Positions 1 to 11,266 of a stretch of 64,000 nt of DNA are shown here, piece by piece. Origin of the DNA: Deltaproteobacteria bacterium (lineage in GTDB: Bacteria > Myxococcota_A > Polyangia > Polyangiales > Houyiibacteriaceae); assembly GCA_034670305.1 (NCBI GenBank), contig JAXMNT010000011.1, forward strand, positions 64,001 through 128,000. Reading direction: 5' to 3'. The notes below the pieces were generated by a model that saw only the letters and a list, made by a program, of their open reading frames with translations, had not been told where the DNA came from and made no database searches. The translations under genes and the position numbers were made by a program. Each line of letters opens with the position of its first letter. Position 1 is the first letter of the stretch.

Positions 1-685
1 GGCCTGGTCGCTCGTCGGGGTGGATCAGCCCACGTTTGCGCCACCCGACGCGCAACAGCCACGTGTGTGCGCGTGGCATCGGCGGGCCGCAGTCGCGTGG
101 GGGCTCGGGGGCGGACGACCATCCATCGAAGTGCGGCGCCGTGGAACAGGGGTCGACCCAGCCGGGTCGAAACGTGCGGCGGGAACCCGCGTGCTTGCGC
201 TTGTTGTTGAGCACGTAACGAAGCGCGTGGCGGACCTGCGTGGGCGTGGAAAGGACCTCGGCGTGGTAGCGGTCCGGGAACAGCTTGCCCGACCGTCCGA
301 GGTACCTGTTCACTCGCTTCGCGAGCCGGATCAGCAACCCCTGCATGCCACGCGAAAGCGCCTCCGTGCTCTTCGCTTCTACGATGAGGTGGACGTGGTT
401 CGTCTGGATCGAGAAGTGAACGATGCGCATGCCGTTGCGCTCGGCCGCCTGCTCGAAGATCGAGAACAGCAACCGGGTGAGACGACGCCCGCGAAGACTT
501 GGGACGTCCGAAGCCACCTTGATCGTGACGTGGACGGGGTTGCGGTTGGCAACCTTGACCCGCGGCCGATGCGACACGCCCGCGCGTTCTCCCTTGGGCT
601 TGCGACCGGCGCCCGCACGGCGACCTCCCCACGTGCCGGGAAGCGAAAGGTCGAGCTGTTTCGGTTTGCGAGGGCGGCGCGCCAT
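1..685 (-). CDS. rayT: REP-associated tyrosine transposase (RAYT, Y1/HUH family), 3' end runs off window
   Basis: Manual translation from ATG at 685: MARRPRKPKQLDLSLPGTWGGRRAGAGRKP...PVHVT...IVHFSIQTNHVHLIVEA...LFPDRYHA...ALRYVLNN...TWLLRVGWRKRGLI. HUH motif at 383-400, putative catalytic Tyr in RYVLNN, no stop before base 1. Not in the ORF track. Confidence 0.88.
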   Translation of the reverse strand, partial: MARRPRKPKQLDLSLPGTWGGRRAGAGRKPKGERAGVSHRPRVKVANRNPVHVTIKVASDVPSLRGRRLTRLLFSIFEQAAERNGMRIVHFSIQTNHVHLIVEAKSTEALSRGMQGLLIRLAKRVNRYLGRSGKLFPDRYHAEVLSTPTQVRHALRYVLNNKRKHAGSRRTFRPGWVDPCSTAPHFDGWSSAPEPPRDCGPPMPRAHTWLLRVGWRKRGLIHPDERPG

Positions 686-874
686 CTTGATTGAGCAATA
701 GTAGCACAATCCATGTCCAGTTCAAGCAGTCTCTTCCGTGCGCAGCCACTTGTCGGGGGCGTTGGGCTCGACCGCGCGCCGCGCTTGGTGCCGCGAGCCG
801 GCAGCCTCTGCCCCCGCCCGGGCGTAGGAGCCCCGCAGCGGTCAACCGTTCCGGCGACCGTTCCGAACACGGCA

Positions 875-924
875 GTGCTTTCTGAGGGGGGTTCCCCCTC
901 CGGCCCTCGGCCACCTCCCCACCT
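875..924 (-). repeat. REP-like double-hairpin element, copy A
   Basis: Minus strand reads AGGTGGGGAGGTGGCCGAGGGCCGGAGGGGGAACCCCCCTCAGAAAGCAC, with hairpins GGCC-GAG-GGCC and GAGGGGG-AAC-CCCCCTC. Related copies at 40930 and 53809. Confidence 0.75.
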
Positions 925-1330
925 GGTTCAAAGCGGTGCAGCAGCATGCTGCATTGGCCAAGGAGCCCCGTCTGCGCGCCGCCAAGCAGCCCGCTCCTCG
1001 AGCCCACATCGCCCGCCGGAACCCGGCCGCCCTATCCAGCAAACAAGCCCCCGCCTCCGTGGACCCGGCGCTTGCAGATTGCGATCCGCGGTCGAGTGGG
1101 ACAGGCGGGGCGCTCGAGGATGCTGGGCACGCCTGGGTGGATGGGGTTTCGGGTCCGCGAACCGAAGGGCATTGCCAAGGGAAGCGGCCAAGGGGTTCTG
1201 TGGCGAGCTGCTCGGTTGGACCTTCAGGGGCCGGCGTACCGGGGCCGAGGAGTCTTGCGCCACTGCTAGACTGCCTCGTGCCTGTCTCACCCCACCATAC
1301 GCCTCAGGGGGTCTGGGTGCGGTGTCCTCG

Positions 1331-1642
1331 ATGCGGGGGCGCGCGCACTTTCAAACAGCGTTCAGTTTGATCGAACGCCGCCAATGGGGTCGGTGGAAGG
1401 CCTGGCTGCGACCCTACAGCCGCGCGACCGACTTCATGGGGCGGGCCCGCTGGGTGCCGGGAGATCCGGATCCCTCATGGCGCGGGTGGATCGTCATTGA
1501 ACACGATCCGAAACTCTTCCAGTGGAAGCACCCGAGCGGGGGATACCGCGCCACCGGCGAAGGCATCCTCTCCTGCACCCCGTGTGTGACGCGCCGATCC
1601 CACACGCTCGACTGGCCCGCCGACGCGTGGCCCGAACCCTGA
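1331..1642 (+). CDS. possible small Trp-rich hypothetical protein or gene remnant
   Basis: 3' part of ORF 713..1642 from ATG 1331. No recognisable motif. Confidence 0.25.
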   Translation: MRGRAHFQTAFSLIERRQWGRWKAWLRPYSRATDFMGRARWVPGDPDPSWRGWIVIEHDPKLFQWKHPSGGYRATGEGILSCTPCVTRRSHTLDWPADAWPEP

Positions 1643-1815
1643 TGCGGTGAGACCCGCCGCCTATCCCAACCTGGCAAGCCCACCACCACTGCCCTGCGGG
1701 CGGCCCGCAAGGGCCGCATTCCAACCCGGCAAGCCCCACAAAACGGGCACCCCAAGCACAATGATCCGCAACCCCCCGCCGTTCGCCGGCGCCGGGTTGG
1801 ATGTGTGAAGAGCCG

Positions 1816-1845
1816 TTGACACCTCCGAGCTTTGCTCGTTATCGT
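1816..1845 (+). promoter_or_regulatory. putative sigma70-type promoter
   Basis: TTGACA-18 nt-TATCGT, about 140 nt upstream of the ATG at 1985. Confidence 0.45.
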
Positions 1846-1984
1846 CCGCGCGAATCGTACCTCCCCAATTTGTTCGGCTTTCGGGGGGTTTCGAAGGGGT
1901 ATGACCCAGCGGTGCCGGCTGCGAACCAGGGGTTCGAGGCGGCATTCGGGCAACGGCCACTCGAAGTGGCCAGGAGATGGTTCG

Positions 1985-3660
1985 ATGAAGCAGCTCGTCC
2001 TTTCTGTGCTGTTGAGTTTCGTCCTGACGGCGACGTTCGTCGCATGTCACGCCGCGGACGACGACGTCGTCGGTCAGGCCGACGAACTCAGTGATCCCGT
2101 TCGCCGCCAGAACGCGATCAGCAAGATCCAGACGATCTGGTCTCAAGCGCTCGTCGCCGCCGATGGCGACCGGTCTGCGGCCGGGGTCCAGGAAGTGCTC
2201 GACGCGGTCGTCGAGAAGATGTCGAAGGTCTACGTGGAGAACCGCGCGGACACGCAGAACGGCATCGCGATGCTCGCGCTCCTCAAGGAGATGAACGACC
2301 CCCGCGCGATCGATGCGTTCATCAATGCGCTCGACTGGCGCCCGGAAGTCAGCGAGGCCCACGCGGAACGCGCGGCCCAGGCGCTCCAGCGGGTCGAGGT
2401 GCCGGACGGACGCAAGGCCGAGGTGGTCGCGGCGCTCGGAACCGCGCTCGACAAGATCCGCCAGGCCCGCCCAGAGGACAACCGGATGCGCATCGAGATG
2501 ATCCGTGCACTCGGCGCGATCGGCGATCGTTCGGCGACGCCGATCCTCACCAAGATCGCCACGACCCAGAGCGAAGAACAGAACTTCCTGGTGAACCACT
2601 TGGCCGCCTCGCAGCTCGGCTCCCTGGCCGACCCCGCCGCGGTCGAGCCGCTCATCCAGGGCCTGTACCTCTTCGATCCGAACAACCCCGGCATGCGCAT
2701 GAACGACGTCGCGGCATCCGCGCTCGTGAGCATCGGGCGTCCGTCCCTCGAGCCGCTGCTCGGCGTGCTCCGCGGCGAGGACGAAGGCGCGAACGCGATG
2801 GCGACCGCGTACATCGAGGCGGTTCGCCAGCGCAACGCCGAGGCCGCGGACCAGATGAGCGTGGCGCAGGTGGTCGGTTCCGAGGCGACGTTTGCGCTCG
2901 GTTCGCTCGGCTTTCGCGAAGCGCTCGACCCGCTCATGGCCGAGACCAACGCGGAGGACCCGTTCCGGCAGGTCAACGGCTCGCTCGCCATCGTGCGACT
3001 CAACCACGCCGAAGGCGATCGCGCGCAGGTTCGCACGGCGCTGCGCCGCGTCTACACCGGCCTGCCCGACGATGCGCAGGGCGTTCAGTTCAAGGCGCAG
3101 ATGATCGCGGCCATCCGCTCGCTCTACGATCCTGGCTTCCTCGAGTTCTTCCTCGCCGAAGTTCAGAACGACGAGAACCACCCGCAGGTCCGGATCGAAG
3201 CGATGAACGCGTACGCACTCTTGGCGAACAAGAACGAGATGGTCGCGCTCACCCGCTGGATCGCCGGCGCGACCGAGGACGCCTACCACGAGCGTTTTCA
3301 GCAGGAGTCCGAGAAGCCCGTGGCTGTGGCCAACGAGTGCGACGAAGCGATCCCTTGCTACATCGGCAAGCTGGCCGATGGCGATGTGGCCGTGGTGCGC
3401 AAGGCCGCGTTCATGCTGGGACGACTTGGCCGCGGCAACGAAGAGGTCGTGACGGCGCTCGTCGACAAGCTCAACCACATGGACGTGCAGGTTCGCCTGA
3501 CCGCGGTGGCGGCGCTCGACCGCGTCGCGACGGCCGGCAGCCAGGCCGCGATCGACAAGATCTCCGAACTCGAAGAGATGGAAGCAGGCCGCGCAGTCTG
3601 GGTGCAGTTCAGTCGTGAAGCGCTCCCGACCCAGGCGCGGTTGCGCGCACGAATGAGCCA

Positions 3661-3664
<4 letters not shown>
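1985..3664 (+). CDS. HEAT-repeat lipoprotein
   Basis: AGGAG RBS upstream, signal peptide with lipobox FVAC, and HEAT-like repeats (IRALGAIGDRSATPIL, VRKAAFMLGRLG, VRLTAVAALDR). Confidence 0.85.
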
Positions 3665-5586
<1,922 letters not shown>

Positions 5587-5595
5587 AGTTTCACG

Positions 5596-5775
5596 GTGGC
5601 GTGGCTGCGCGAAGGATCCGGCGGGCTGCTCTTGCTCGCGAGTTTGGGCACGCTCTTCTATGCCATCGTGCAGCTTCGCGGACACGACTACGTCGCCGCG
5701 ATCGTGCTGACCTTCATCGGGCTGGCGGTGCTCGGTGCATCGGTCGAACTGCTCCGACCGTCGACGGGGGAGTAG
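5596..5775 (+). CDS. 59-aa two-TM membrane protein
   Basis: GTG start, MAWLREGSGGLLLLASLGTLFYAIVQLRGHDYVAAIVLTFIGLAVLGASVELLRPSTGE. It fills the gap between the flanking genes and is below the ORF-track size cut-off. Confidence 0.7.
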   Translation: MAWLREGSGGLLLLASLGTLFYAIVQLRGHDYVAAIVLTFIGLAVLGASVELLRPSTGE

Positions 5776-5776
5776 C

Positions 5777-6793
5777 GTGCGCCGCCCGCACCGCATGCTG
5801 TCGACCCTGCTCGGGATCGGGTGTCTCGTCGGCTGCGGCGACCCGCCCGCTCCTCCGCCGCAGACCGAGCTCGCGGTCGGCACCGATCGGGTGGGTGGCG
5901 ACATCCTCAGCACGGTCGACGGGGTCGGCATCGCGCGTGAAGACGTGATCGCGTTGATGCAGAGTGGTGGTTTCACCGCCCGCGAGGCGCTCACTCGACT
6001 CCAAGAAGAAGTGTTGCTCAGTCGAGAAGCCGAACGGCGTGGCTACCACCTCGGCGCGCGGGGACAGCGCCTCCTCGACCGCGCCCTCGTCCAGACCCTG
6101 CTGGCCGAACTCGAGACGACGCACGCGGCCGAGGACGTGGGGGTCGCACAGGCGCGTCAGATATTCGACAGCCAGGACCGGGCGATGGCTTCGGAAGAGG
6201 CGCGCCGCTCGCGCCACGTGCTCGTGCGGGTGCCCACCGACGTCGCGCCTGGCTCGTCCGAGGATGCGGACGCGCGCGCGCTCGCAGTGGAGATACTGAC
6301 TGAACTCGCCAGCGCCGAACCCGGCGACGCCTCCGTCTACGAGCGCTGGGCTGCGACCGAACGCGCCCGGTCCGGGGCGGACACCTGGACGGTCTTCGCG
6401 GACGAGTTGCCGCTCCTCCCCCGCAGCGCGGAGGGGCAGCTGGGCACTGCATTTCGCGATGCGCTCTTTGGGGTCGGCTCGGGTCCGCTGGTGGAGAGGA
6501 ACGATGGCCAAGGGCTCGGGCCGGGCGGTCTGGGTGTGCTGCCCGAGCCGGTGCGGACAGAGGCGGGCTGGCACGTGATCTTGGTCGACGAGATCGTGCC
6601 CGCGCGGCGGACGTTCGAGGAGTGGCAGGACGAGATTCGCCGGCAGGTCGCCGACCGAAACCGGGTGACCGAACTGCACCAGCTCATCGAGTCGCTGCGC
6701 ACCCAGGTCGCCGTGGAGCGCAACGAGCGGGCGGAGTCGATCGCGCTGCACGCGACGTTCGAATCGGACGGGGAGGATGGGCATGACTCGTAG
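5777..6793 (+). CDS. PpiC/parvulin-type peptidyl-prolyl isomerase lipoprotein
   Basis: Lipobox LVGC, SurA-like helical region, and parvulin motifs RRSRHVLV and PVRTEAGWHVI. Start is GTG 5777 or ATG 5795. Confidence 0.8.
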   Translation: MRRPHRMLSTLLGIGCLVGCGDPPAPPPQTELAVGTDRVGGDILSTVDGVGIAREDVIALMQSGGFTAREALTRLQEEVLLSREAERRGYHLGARGQRLLDRALVQTLLAELETTHAAEDVGVAQARQIFDSQDRAMASEEARRSRHVLVRVPTDVAPGSSEDADARALAVEILTELASAEPGDASVYERWAATERARSGADTWTVFADELPLLPRSAEGQLGTAFRDALFGVGSGPLVERNDGQGLGPGGLGVLPEPVRTEAGWHVILVDEIVPARRTFEEWQDEIRRQVADRNRVTELHQLIESLRTQVAVERNERAESIALHATFESDGEDGHDS

Positions 6794-7478
6794 CAGTCGA
6801 CCCCGCCGCACCTCGACCGTCCGGTTTCGGAGCGCGCTCGATGAACACGAGCGCGAGGAGTCGGAGACCGGATTCACGCTGGTGCTCCGTGGACTGTTTC
6901 TCACTCAGCCCGCGCTGCAGGCGGTGGTGTTCGTCGACAACCAGGGCGAGTGCGTCGACTACTGCTCGGCCATCCCTCCGTTCGAAGCCAAGGTCTCCGG
7001 TGCCCATGCGCAGATTCTGATGGCGTCGGTCCGGCGGTTCATGGAGGCGATCGACGGAGGCGAACCGGCGATGCTGGAGCTGCATGGTTCCAAGCGCGAC
7101 GTGGTCGTCCGCCGCCTGGGAGAGCAGTACTTGGTGGGTCTGTTGCTCAACAGTGGGGGCGTCGACCAGACCTTGCTGCACGGGCTGGATCAGATGGTGT
7201 CGGCGCTTCGCGACGAAGCGGCGATCGAGGTGCCTTCGTGGGACCCGCAGCGGGACCTCGAAGTCGAGACCCGCTCCGCGATCGGATGGCCGTTTGCGCC
7301 CAGTGCGTACTCCGAGAGCGGGCATGTTCGGCGGCCGATCAAGGCGGTGCTCGGACGATGGGAGGAGCACGGCGGGCTCTCGGCGGACCACTTGGTGTGT
7401 TTCCGGGTTCTCGACGAGGAGGGCGTGGAGCTGACCCTCGCGTACGACATCGAAGAGCGCCGATGGATGCGGTGGTAG
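6777..7478 (+). CDS. Roadblock/LC7-like protein with extra C-terminal domain
   Basis: F..VL..L....PALQAVVFVDNQGECVDY resembles the MglB/MglC roadblock fold. Overlaps the upstream gene. Confidence 0.65.
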   Translation: MGMTRSSRPRRTSTVRFRSALDEHEREESETGFTLVLRGLFLTQPALQAVVFVDNQGECVDYCSAIPPFEAKVSGAHAQILMASVRRFMEAIDGGEPAMLELHGSKRDVVVRRLGEQYLVGLLLNSGGVDQTLLHGLDQMVSALRDEAAIEVPSWDPQRDLEVETRSAIGWPFAPSAYSESGHVRRPIKAVLGRWEEHGGLSADHLVCFRVLDEEGVELTLAYDIEERRWMRW

Positions 7479-7551
7479 GCATTTTGGCGCTGCGACGAAT
7501 GCGAGCGAGAACACCTACCCTTGCGGCGAAAACCGGGTAACATCGGCGCCC

Positions 7552-8781
7552 GTGGCTCGGAAGTGCCCAGAGTGCTCCGCCGAATATGGCGACGACGTGT
7601 TCTTTTGTGGCATGGACGGCACGATCACGATCCAGATCCAGGATCCGACCGACTTCGATCCGCGCCTCGGAAAGAAGCTCGGGCAGTACATCGTGGCCGC
7701 CCGCGTCGCCGACGGCGCGATGGGCCGCGTGTACGAAGGTCGGCACCCTGAGACGAAGCAGCAGATCGCGATCAAAGTCCTCCACGAAGACGTGGCGAAG
7801 GACGAAGTCGCGGTCGAGCGCTTCAAACGCGAGTACGAGAGCGCCGAGGAACTCGACCACGGGGGCATCGTCAAGGTGCTCGAGTTCGGGGAGACGGACG
7901 ACGGTTCGTGGTTCCTCAACATGGAGTACCTGTCCGGGCGTGAGCTGACCAAGGCCATCGAAGAAGAAGGTGCGCTCCGACCCGCTCGGACGCTCCGCGT
8001 CTTCTGCCAGCTCGCCGAGGCGCTTGACCACGCGCACTCGTTCGGTTTCATCCACCGGGATCTGAAGCCCGACAACGTCTTCCTCGTGAACGCGGACGAA
8101 GGCGACGTGGTGCGCGTGTTGGACTTTGGTTCGGTGAAACTCCAGATGGAGGTTGGGCCCAAGCTCACCGCATTTGGAACGACCCTCGGCTCCCCGTATT
8201 ACATGTCGCCCGAGCAGGCGATGGGCAAACTCGACGTCGACCAGCGGACGGACGTCTTCGCGATCGCTGCGATCCTCTGGGAAATGGCCACCGGCCGGGT
8301 GGCGTTCGAGGGGGCGAACGTGGCGCAGATCCTGATGAAGATCGTGAACGAGGATCCGGCCCCGCCCAGCAGCTTCAACGCGGTGTACCCGAAGTCGTTC
8401 GACGACGTGGTCATCCGCGGCGTGCACAAAGACAAGACCAAGCGGCCGGCGTCCGCGGGAGAGCTCGCGGACCTGATCGTCGCGAGCTTCGGGCTCGACG
8501 GCGACCACAAACGCTGGGCCCAGACGACGCTGCCCGACATCGAACGCGCGCTGAGCACGACCGCGCCGCCGCCCCCTGCGGCGTACGGCCAGGAACCGAT
8601 CAAGCCGCCGATCGCGTCCACAAGCGAAGAGACGGGGCGGGTGACGCACGCGATGCCTCCCCCCTCGCAGGTGGAAGTCGCGCCTCAGGCGTCGGGTGGC
8701 AACAGCGGCATGCTGGTGGCGATCGCGGTGGCGGTCGCGGTGTTGGCGGCCGGCGTGGCCGCGTTCATCGCACTCGGCTGA
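7552..8781 (+). CDS. Hanks-type Ser/Thr kinase with N-terminal Cys ribbon and C-terminal TM
   Basis: CPEC..FCGMDG, IAIK, HRDLKPDN, DFG, MSPEQ, DVFA, and a hydrophobic C-terminus. Confidence 0.95.
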   Translation: MARKCPECSAEYGDDVFFCGMDGTITIQIQDPTDFDPRLGKKLGQYIVAARVADGAMGRVYEGRHPETKQQIAIKVLHEDVAKDEVAVERFKREYESAEELDHGGIVKVLEFGETDDGSWFLNMEYLSGRELTKAIEEEGALRPARTLRVFCQLAEALDHAHSFGFIHRDLKPDNVFLVNADEGDVVRVLDFGSVKLQMEVGPKLTAFGTTLGSPYYMSPEQAMGKLDVDQRTDVFAIAAILWEMATGRVAFEGANVAQILMKIVNEDPAPPSSFNAVYPKSFDDVVIRGVHKDKTKRPASAGELADLIVASFGLDGDHKRWAQTTLPDIERALSTTAPPPPAAYGQEPIKPPIASTSEETGRVTHAMPPPSQVEVAPQASGGNSGMLVAIAVAVAVLAAGVAAFIALG

Positions 8782-8818
8782 GCGCGCGCGGGACGGCGGA
8801 CCGAAGCGGGCGCTGCCT

Positions 8819-8960
8819 GCTGATTCTGTAGCTGTGGCTGCTCCTGATTCTGTGGCTGACGCTGCCGCTGATTCTGTGGCTGACCCTGCTGCTGATTCTG
8901 TTGCTGATTCTGTGGCTCACCCTGTTGCTGATTCTGTGGCTGATTCTGTGGCTGACTCTG
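8819..8960 (+). repeat. degenerate 12-mer tandem repeat (GCTGATTCTGTG)n
   Basis: Multiple copies of GCTGATTCTGT[G/T/A] directly 5' of a GCCGAA array. Confidence 0.9.
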
Positions 8961-8968
8961 AGACAGCG

Positions 8969-9090
8969 TCCGAATCCGAATCCGAAGCCGAAGCCGACGC
9001 CGACGCCGAAGCCGAAGCCGAAGCCGAAGCCGACGCCGAAGCCGAATCCGACGCCGAAGCCGACCGCCGAAGCCGACGCCGATCGCCGAC
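8969..9090 (+). repeat. hexamer array (TCCGAA/GCCGAA/GCCGAC)n
   Basis: Directly visible between two convergent genes. Confidence 0.95.
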
Positions 9091-9159
9091 CCCCGACCCC
9101 ACTCATCCTCTCCTTCGGATTCGGATTTGGCCGCTTCCGCTCTACCTCCCGCTCCCCGT

Positions 9160-11163
9160 CTACTGGCGGGTCGCGGGGGCGGTGGGGCGGGGTGGGGTGG
9201 TGAGGGAGGTGCCGCGGAGTTCGAAGATGCGGGTGGCGCGGGTGGGGTGGCGGGTGGGGGAGAGGCGGCTGGAGATGGAGACGGTCTCGGTGCGGCTCGT
9301 GGGGAGGCGGGTGGCGACTTCACCGCGGGTGCGTGCGCCGGCGTCGACGGCGCTGCGGATGAGGTGGAAGGCGTCGAAGGCGCCGGCAGCGTAGAGGTCG
9401 GGGGAGGACTGGTAGCGGGCGCGGTAGGTCTCCGCGAAGGAGCGGGCATAGGGGCTGCTCGATTCGCCGTTGTCTGCGGCGAGGAACGAGCGCGCGAAGA
9501 GGCTGCCTTGGAGGTAGCGGCCGGTGGTGCGGAGGAGGGCTTCGTCGTAGCCGACACTGGGAACGAGGAATCGAACGGCGCGCGCCCCACGCGGGACGGT
9601 GCCTCCGTTGGTGCTGAAGAGGCCGGCCGCGGTGAGTGCCGGGACCAGGGTCATCAGACTGCGGGAATGATCCGGGAGGACGAAGGCGTCGGCTTGGATC
9701 TGGGCAGCGCGTTGGGCGCTCTGCTGCAGCGCCGCCGGGTCGTACTCGACGGTGCCGGCGAACTCGAGACCGAGGTCTTCGCAATGTCCCCGAACGGCTG
9801 ACGTCATCGCTTGCCCGTAGGCATGGGTGGGCGCTACGACCGCGATGCGGCGCGCGCCTCGGTCGCGGGCAGCGGTCACCAGATCGAGCGCTTCGTCGTC
9901 CGCGGTGCCGAGCAGGCGGAAGACCATCGGGCCGGCGTCGACCACGCGGGGATCCGGAGAGAGCGCGAGCATCGGCACGCCGAGTTCCTGGGCGCGGCGG
10001 GCGGCGGCGAGGGAGGCATCGCGTCCCACCGGGCCGACGATGGCGACGACCTGGTGCAGGGTGACGAGGTCGTCGACCGCGCGCGCCGCCCGCTCGGGAT
10101 CGTCGCCGCTGTCGCGGAAGAAGATGCGGGGCGTGGTCGGGGTCGCGGGACCTTCGGACGGAAGCCCGGCCGCGAGCATCAACCCTTCGAGCGCGTGGCG
10201 GCCGACCTCCTGTCCGCGTCCGCTCAGCGGCAGGATGGCCCCCACCGCACGGAGATCGGTCTCGGTGGTGCGCTCGGCGCGAAGGGCCATGGTGCGAAGG
10301 TCGCCGTCGAGCGGGACGCGGTGTTCGCGCAGCGCGCTGGCCACGGTGCGCACCCGATCGAGGTTGGCGTTCTCGAATGCGTCGCGCAGCGCGCGGCGGC
10401 CGACGAGCGGCCAGGCGTGGCCGTCGCGATCGAGGCGGTCGAAGAGGACCTGAACGTCGTCGGTCTGCAGCTGCCGGATGAGTCCCTCGACTTGCGAGCG
10501 GGCGTCGTCGCGGTCCGACGTGGGCACGGCGGAGCGCACCAAGAGATCGAGCGCTTCGACCGCTGCAGGCCGGTCGCCGAGCCGGGCGTGGGCAGCGGCC
10601 AAGGTCTGCAGCAGGAGCGCGGTGTCGGCGGGAGAGACGGTGGTGCCGACCATGGGGCGCAAGAGCTCGAGCGCTTCGGCGCTCTCTCCGCGAAGTTGCA
10701 GCGCGACCCCGGAGTAGAAGCGTCCTCGCTCCGACACCCGGACGTCTTCATGCGCGGCCGCGGCTCGGAACTCCTGCAGGGCCGCGTCGGTCTCGCCGCG
10801 GGCCAGCAGCATGCGTCCGAGGCCGAGTCGGGCGACCGGGGCCAGCGCGTCGTTCGGATGCGTGGTGAGGAACCGTCGGAAGCCGGCCTCGGCGACGTCG
10901 TACTCCTGGTTGTCCATGGCCGCGCGCGCCTCCCGCATGTCGCGCTCTGCGTCCGCGTTGTCGGTGGTCAGGACGGGGAGGGTGGAGTCGGGCCCCCGCT
11001 TGGGGCAGCCGAGGAATGCGCACGCCCACAGGGCGATGACCAGCGGGGCAAAGACGCCGACGGGAGACGTTCGGAGAGGCACGAGGAGCGGTGTAGCACC
11101 GAGACGCTGAAACGGGGACCCGGGGGGCGCGGCCAGCGGCATGGAGAGGGGGAGGGCGATCAT
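9160..11163 (-). CDS. TPR + periplasmic-binding-protein type 1 lipoprotein (LppC/LpoA-like)
   Basis: Lipobox FLGC, TPR region, VGAILPLSG..G, AIVGP and YGQAM motifs typical of PBP1/LppC domains. Start uncertain. Confidence 0.8.
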   Translation of the reverse strand: MIALPLSMPLAAPPGSPFQRLGATPLLVPLRTSPVGVFAPLVIALWACAFLGCPKRGPDSTLPVLTTDNADAERDMREARAAMDNQEYDVAEAGFRRFLTTHPNDALAPVARLGLGRMLLARGETDAALQEFRAAAAHEDVRVSERGRFYSGVALQLRGESAEALELLRPMVGTTVSPADTALLLQTLAAAHARLGDRPAAVEALDLLVRSAVPTSDRDDARSQVEGLIRQLQTDDVQVLFDRLDRDGHAWPLVGRRALRDAFENANLDRVRTVASALREHRVPLDGDLRTMALRAERTTETDLRAVGAILPLSGRGQEVGRHALEGLMLAAGLPSEGPATPTTPRIFFRDSGDDPERAARAVDDLVTLHQVVAIVGPVGRDASLAAARRAQELGVPMLALSPDPRVVDAGPMVFRLLGTADDEALDLVTAARDRGARRIAVVAPTHAYGQAMTSAVRGHCEDLGLEFAGTVEYDPAALQQSAQRAAQIQADAFVLPDHSRSLMTLVPALTAAGLFSTNGGTVPRGARAVRFLVPSVGYDEALLRTTGRYLQGSLFARSFLAADNGESSSPYARSFAETYRARYQSSPDLYAAGAFDAFHLIRSAVDAGARTRGEVATRLPTSRTETVSISSRLSPTRHPTRATRIFELRGTSLTTPPRPTAPATRQ

Positions 11164-11266
11164 GGGTGGTCGAGAACGGGCGTGCCATGGCAGCGCCTGC
11201 GCTCCAAGAAAAGGGGGCGGGAGTTTGAACGCACGACGGTGGAACGGCGGGCTGGCGGGTGTTCTT

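Noticed and set aside
20-694. 224-aa plus-strand ORF
   Set aside because: It is the antisense shadow of the minus-strand RAYT gene, which carries the real motifs.
6476-6525. Gly-rich insertion in the parvulin domain flanked by GGCTCGGG repeats
   Set aside because: The repeat is short, does not match the REP-like or hexamer families, and is likely a local duplication.
8819-9090. Repeat arrays as CRISPR
   Set aside because: Units are 6-12 nt in tandem with no unique spacers, and there are no cas genes in the window.
8685-9590. ORFs with poly-RS, poly-AE, poly-PK or poly-CR tracts, here and at 11141-11612, 37964-38587, 43402-43734 and 62804-63400
   Set aside because: They are stop-free readings of the hexamer arrays, overlap real genes, and are open in several frames at once.
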